Shown in pieces: positions 60,320 through 64,000 of a stretch of DNA of 64,000 bases (position 1 is its first letter; the number at the start of each line of letters is the position of its first letter). The stretch is from contig CAVSVJ010000002.1 of assembly GCA_963731445.1 (NCBI GenBank), positions 232,395 to 296,394 on the forward strand. The letters are read 5' to 3'. The notes beneath the pieces were generated by a model. That model did not search any database, was not told where the DNA came from, and saw only the letters and a list, made by a program, of their open reading frames with translations. Made by a program: the position numbers and the translations under genes. The DNA is from an uncultured Solirubrobacterales bacterium. GTDB lineage: Bacteria; Actinomycetota; Thermoleophilia; Solirubrobacterales; Solirubrobacteraceae.

Positions 60320-60991
60320 TCAGACGTCGAGCTCGGCGGAGGCGGTCTGGGAGGGGTCGAAGGGATCGACGAGGTGCAGTTCCAGGGGCCGGTTGTCGAG
60401 CGAGGTGATCTTGATCTTGTAGAGCAGGAGGGCGCCCTGGGTGGGACCGTCGGCGGCGACGGTGTCGAGCGCGGGGATGCGGCCCTTGGCGGGCACGAAG
60501 CCGGCGCGGTAGGCGAAGGGGTTGGTGATGTTGGGGATGGTGGGGCGGTAGACGTCGCGCTGGGTGTCAGTGATGCGCATGCTGAGGGGGCTGGCGGCGA
60601 GATGGGCGACTTCGGAGTTGTTGTAGACTTGGAGGAAGACGCCGAACCACTCTTCGCCGGGGGCGAGGTGCTGCTGGGCGGGGGTGAGGCCGACGAGGTA
60701 GGAGGAGTCCTCGGTGTCGAAGGGGTTGAGCTGGCGCGAGAGCTGGACCTCGTAGACGAGGGGGCCGACGTCGAGGTAGGGCGCGTTGGCGCCGGACTCG
60801 CCGGCGTAGGTGCCGCTGGAGACCTTCGTATGGGAGTCGCCGCAGGCGCTGAGCGCGAAGATGGCGGCGAGGGCGATTAGGGCAAGCATCGTCCTGGCGG
60901 GCAGGCGGCTGGGGAGCCAAGCGGGGCGCACTGGACCGAGTGGCGAGCGGTCGCGGGGCAGCCGGATACGAGCCATGACGTGGGAGCGCAT
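60320..60991 (-). CDS. Putative lipoprotein
   Basis: Lipobox ALSAC after a hydrophobic stretch; start uncertain. Confidence 0.7.
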   Translation of the reverse strand: MRSHVMARIRLPRDRSPLGPVRPAWLPSRLPARTMLALIALAAIFALSACGDSHTKVSSGTYAGESGANAPYLDVGPLVYEVQLSRQLNPFDTEDSSYLVGLTPAQQHLAPGEEWFGVFLQVYNNSEVAHLAASPLSMRITDTQRDVYRPTIPNITNPFAYRAGFVPAKGRIPALDTVAADGPTQGALLLYKIKITSLDNRPLELHLVDPFDPSQTASAELDV

Positions 60992-61005
60992 TGCGGTGCG
61001 GAAGT

Positions 61006-61512
61006 CTATCCGCCGGCCACGGTGACGCGTCTTGCGGAGAGATCCTCGCCTTTAGCGCCGTCCTCGACGACGCTGCGCAGGCGGCGCATGGCGCGGGCGT
61101 TCTGGCGCTTGAGCCAGCCGCGGCCGCCGAGGCTCTCCATGATGCGGTCGGAGAGGGTGACGGGCTGGGTCTCGATGGTGAAGCGCACGCGCGTGGTGCC
61201 GCCGGCGCCCTGGGCGAGGTCGTAGACGCCGAGGGTGCGGATGCGGTTGGTCTTGCCGGTGCGGCCGACCTCGACGATGCGGTGCGGGCGCTGTACCTCG
61301 GCAAAGGTGACGTCGGCCCAGCTGAAGCGGTTGGCGGGGGCCTTGACGCGAAAGCGCGCGCCGGCGCCGCGGCCGATGGAGTCGATGCGGGTCAAGTGCC
61401 AGTCCACGAGATAGTGGTCGGTGAACTGGGGATGATTGGCGATGTCCTGGAGGTAGTCGAAGACCTGCTCGCGGGGGGCGTCGATGAGGACGGAGACGGT
61501 CAATGGGTCCAT
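61006..61512 (-). CDS. SRPBCC-family protein
   Basis: VSVLIDAPREQVFDYL...GAGARF...MRRLRSVVE. Confidence 0.8.
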   Translation of the reverse strand: MDPLTVSVLIDAPREQVFDYLQDIANHPQFTDHYLVDWHLTRIDSIGRGAGARFRVKAPANRFSWADVTFAEVQRPHRIVEVGRTGKTNRIRTLGVYDLAQGAGGTTRVRFTIETQPVTLSDRIMESLGGRGWLKRQNARAMRRLRSVVEDGAKGEDLSARRVTVAGG

Positions 61513-61605
61513 GAGGGGGAGCAGTGTATTGGGCGCAAAGGATGAAGATCGGGCGCAGAACGACCCGACCCCGCCGACCGGCACGGTTGTTGCCGGCGGG
61601 TGATC

Positions 61606-61869
61606 TCAGGCGGCGCGGGCGGCGAGCCGGACGGTGTGCCCGTGCTCGGAGTGGCGCACGAGCTCGCTGGCGGCAGGATCCTCGCGGCGCAGGGGCCGGC
61701 AGAGCTCGCAGACGATGCCGCGCTGGCGCTCGTAGAGGTGCACGTGCTCGCCGACGAGGGGGGTGCGACCGCAGTCGCTGCAGCGGTGTCGGTCGGCGGC
61801 GAGAGCGCCGACGGAGCGGCGCAGGAGCGAGCGCTCGAACTGCTCGATGTGGGTGATGGGCGCCGGCAT
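61606..61869 (-). CDS. Small Zn-finger-like hypothetical protein
   Basis: CSDC...CELC pairs; start preceded by a GGAGG-containing leader. Confidence 0.6.
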   Translation of the reverse strand: MPAPITHIEQFERSLLRRSVGALAADRHRCSDCGRTPLVGEHVHLYERQRGIVCELCRPLRREDPAASELVRHSEHGHTVRLAARAA

Positions 61870-62200
61870 GTGCGTGCTGGTTTCGCCGCACCCCGTCGGC
61901 CTCCTGCACCCCCTCCTCGATTCCAGCGCCCTGGGCGGCCGCGCCCGCCGGAGGCTGCCTCCTCGCCCGCCGGGGACGCCAAAGAATTCGTTTGCGTCCG
62001 GAAGGCGATGGGTAGAAGTCCACAAGCGCTATCCGGGCGATACCCCCTACCCTGAGGAGGGTCCTCATGCCAGGCTCGTTTAGGCGCCAATTAGGCTTGC
62101 TTGCCAGGCTTGATAGGCAGCTTGACACGCTAGTTATGATTGGTACGAGGTTCCCGTCGGCTGAAGGCCCCCCTGAGCTTCGCCGCGAAGAAAGGGATGC

Positions 62201-62791
62201 ATGATGGAGTCACTCACAGCGGGCACCATCGCCGGAGCAGGATCGTTTCGCTGCCAGCGCTGCGGCTATGTGCTGACGTTGAGCTCGTGCGACACGCTGA
62301 GCGCGTGCCCGAGCTGCGAGGGGCGCAGCTTCGTGCGAGCATCGCTGTTTAGCACGGGAAGGATGCGCGTGGAGGACACCTCCCCGGCCCCCGACCAAGC
62401 CGAGCGCGAGGTGTGGCTGCAGGAGGTGCGCGAGCAGATCTCTGAGGAGCCGGGCGAGTACATCGCCTACGAGGAGAGCGGCGAGCTGAAGATAGTGGCG
62501 CTGACGCGCGAGTGGACGCGCGTGGGCCGCAGCCTGGCGGCGGACGTGCGCTTCGATGACCCGACGGTCTCGCGCCGCCACGCGCTGATCGTGCGCCAGC
62601 CCGACGGCGTGCGCGTGCTGGATGACCGCAGCCTCAATGGCGTGTTCGTAAACGGCGAGCGGGTGGAGTGGCGGGTGCTCAAAGACGGCGATGAGATCCT
62701 CGTGGGCCGCTACCGCCTGGGCTTCCTGTGCGTGGCGGCGGTGGCGCAGGAGCAGGCGCAAGGCGGCAGCCGCCTGCACCCGGTCGGCTGA
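62201..62791 (+). CDS. Zn-ribbon plus FHA-domain protein
   Basis: CQRC..CPSC; FHA motifs GR, VSRRHA, SLNGVFVNG. Confidence 0.88.
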   Translation: MMESLTAGTIAGAGSFRCQRCGYVLTLSSCDTLSACPSCEGRSFVRASLFSTGRMRVEDTSPAPDQAEREVWLQEVREQISEEPGEYIAYEESGELKIVALTREWTRVGRSLAADVRFDDPTVSRRHALIVRQPDGVRVLDDRSLNGVFVNGERVEWRVLKDGDEILVGRYRLGFLCVAAVAQEQAQGGSRLHPVG

Positions 62792-62830
62792 TTCGGCGCG
62801 GGCGGCGCGGGCCGCGTAGTATCGCCCGCC

Positions 62831-63607
62831 ATGCCTCACACGATCGCGGTGCTCTCCCAGAAGGGAGGCACGGGCAAGACGACGACTGTGCGCACTCTGA
62901 CGGATGCGCTGCGGCGCGCGCAGGTGAGGACGCTGGCGATCGACCTGGACCCGCAGGGCAACCTGTCGGACTACTTCGATGTGCCACCGGAGGCGGCGCC
63001 GACGATCGCGGATGTGCTGTCGGGGCAGAACACGCTGGCGGAGGCGATCCACGCGGACGTGGTGCCGGCGAATTTGACGCTGGCGGAGGCGGAGCTGATG
63101 CTGGGCGGGAAGATGGGCCGCGAGCTGACGCTGCGAAGGGCACTGAGCAAGGGCACCTCCGACTACGAGGTGATCCTGATCGACTGCCCCCCATCGCTGG
63201 GCCTGCTGACGGTGAACGCGCTGGTGGCGGCCGACCGTGCCTTGATCACAGCGGAGGCGCAGTACTTCGCGCTGCAGGGCGTGGAGCAGGCGACGGAGGT
63301 GATCGAGCTGGCGCGCGAGAGCCTGAACCCGGAGCTGCGCCTGCTGGGCATAGTCCTGAATCTGGCAGACATGCGCACGGTGCACAGCCGCGAGGCGCTG
63401 GCCTCGCTGCGCGAGAGCTTCGGCGAGCAGGTGCTGAACAGCGTGATCCGCTCCTCGATCGCCTACGCGGAATCGGCGGAGCGCGCGACCTCGATCCTCG
63501 ACCACCGCCCCGACCTGGGAGCCGACTACCTCGCCTTGGCCGACGAGGTCCTGGCGCGCCTGCCGGGCTTCGAGGATGCTCGCGGGCGAGTGGCAAAGCT
63601 GCGCTGA
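62831..63607 (+). CDS. ParA/Soj-family ATPase
   Basis: QKGGTGKTT, DLDPQGN, IDCPPSLG. Confidence 0.92.
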   Translation: MPHTIAVLSQKGGTGKTTTVRTLTDALRRAQVRTLAIDLDPQGNLSDYFDVPPEAAPTIADVLSGQNTLAEAIHADVVPANLTLAEAELMLGGKMGRELTLRRALSKGTSDYEVILIDCPPSLGLLTVNALVAADRALITAEAQYFALQGVEQATEVIELARESLNPELRLLGIVLNLADMRTVHSREALASLRESFGEQVLNSVIRSSIAYAESAERATSILDHRPDLGADYLALADEVLARLPGFEDARGRVAKLR

Positions 63608-63624
63608 GAAACTTAAAGACTCTA

Positions 63625-63717
63625 CGGAGGGGTCCACACTTTTTCTGTTTTGATAACCATAGTCTACACGCCGTAGATACTATAGTTACCATTTTCGAAA
63701 AAATACCCCCCCCCGCC
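63625..63717. repeat. AT-rich fold-back element, copy 2 (between convergent genes)
   Basis: CGGAGGGGTCC..T-run..TAACcATAGTCTAC-acgcc-GTAGatACTATaGTTA..A-run..C-run-GCC. Confidence 0.55.
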
Positions 63718-63743
63718 TGCTCGTTTAGATTCGCTTTAGGCGC

Positions 63744-64000
63744 TCACATCCCCTCGACATAGGCCCCCTGCGCCTCAAAGGGCGTGCGGAGGAGATCGGC
63801 CCAGCCGGCGATCTCGGTCTGGAGCGCCTTGGCGACGGCGCCGGTGTGCTCGTAGAAGGACCAGAAGAGGACGGTGGGACCGGCGCCGGAGATGGTGGCC
63901 CCCAATGCCCCGAGCTCGCGCGCGCGCTCGGCCAACGCAAGGGACCGCGGGAAGAGCGGCCCGCGCTGGCGCTGGTGCAGGCGGTCGTGAAGGCCACGGG
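63744..64000 (-). CDS. thrB: Homoserine kinase, 3' part (runs off the window edge)
   Basis: DRLHQ..R..L, GALGATISGAGPT. Confidence 0.8.
   Translation of the reverse strand, partial: RGLHDRLHQRQRGPLFPRSLALAERARELGALGATISGAGPTVLFWSFYEHTGAVAKALQTEIAGWADLLRTPFEAQGAYVEGM

Overview
High-GC (about 70% by eye) bacterial chromosome window, most likely Actinomycetota, Thermoleophilia/Solirubrobacterales-like (inferred from gene content and leaderless TA genes). The backbone carries sufB, ispH, WS/DGAT, an S8 protease, sufT, an FMO, gltBD, an RsbW-like protein, ku, a SigB/F-type sigma factor, addAB-like genes, an EAL protein, arfB, a type IA topoisomerase, marP, a PBP, an FHA protein, parA and thrB. 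Two paralogous minus-strand cassettes are embedded in it (about 247-8477 and 48694-56871). Each reads promoter, long leader, secreted beta-propeller/FN3 protein (A), secreted 4-repeat Cys protein (B), TetR-wHTH regulator. The main observation is the shared leader. It has two conserved hairpins, then a (CT)11 or (CT)12 microsatellite, then a conserved TAGCTTCTAG that stops two of the three frames. The third frame stays open through a terminator-like hairpin and ends in TGATG on the start codon of gene A. This looks like a slipped-strand phase-variation switch acting through leader-peptide attenuation and translational coupling (inference). Other points: a dense toxin-antitoxin cluster with a 15-bp hairpin tandem array and a 336-bp fold-back element, a truncated abiEii followed by a lower-GC three-gene candidate defence operon, an orphan aGPT-Pplase3-like gene, and two related AT-rich hairpin elements between convergent genes. 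Several single-base frameshifts are probably sequencing errors.
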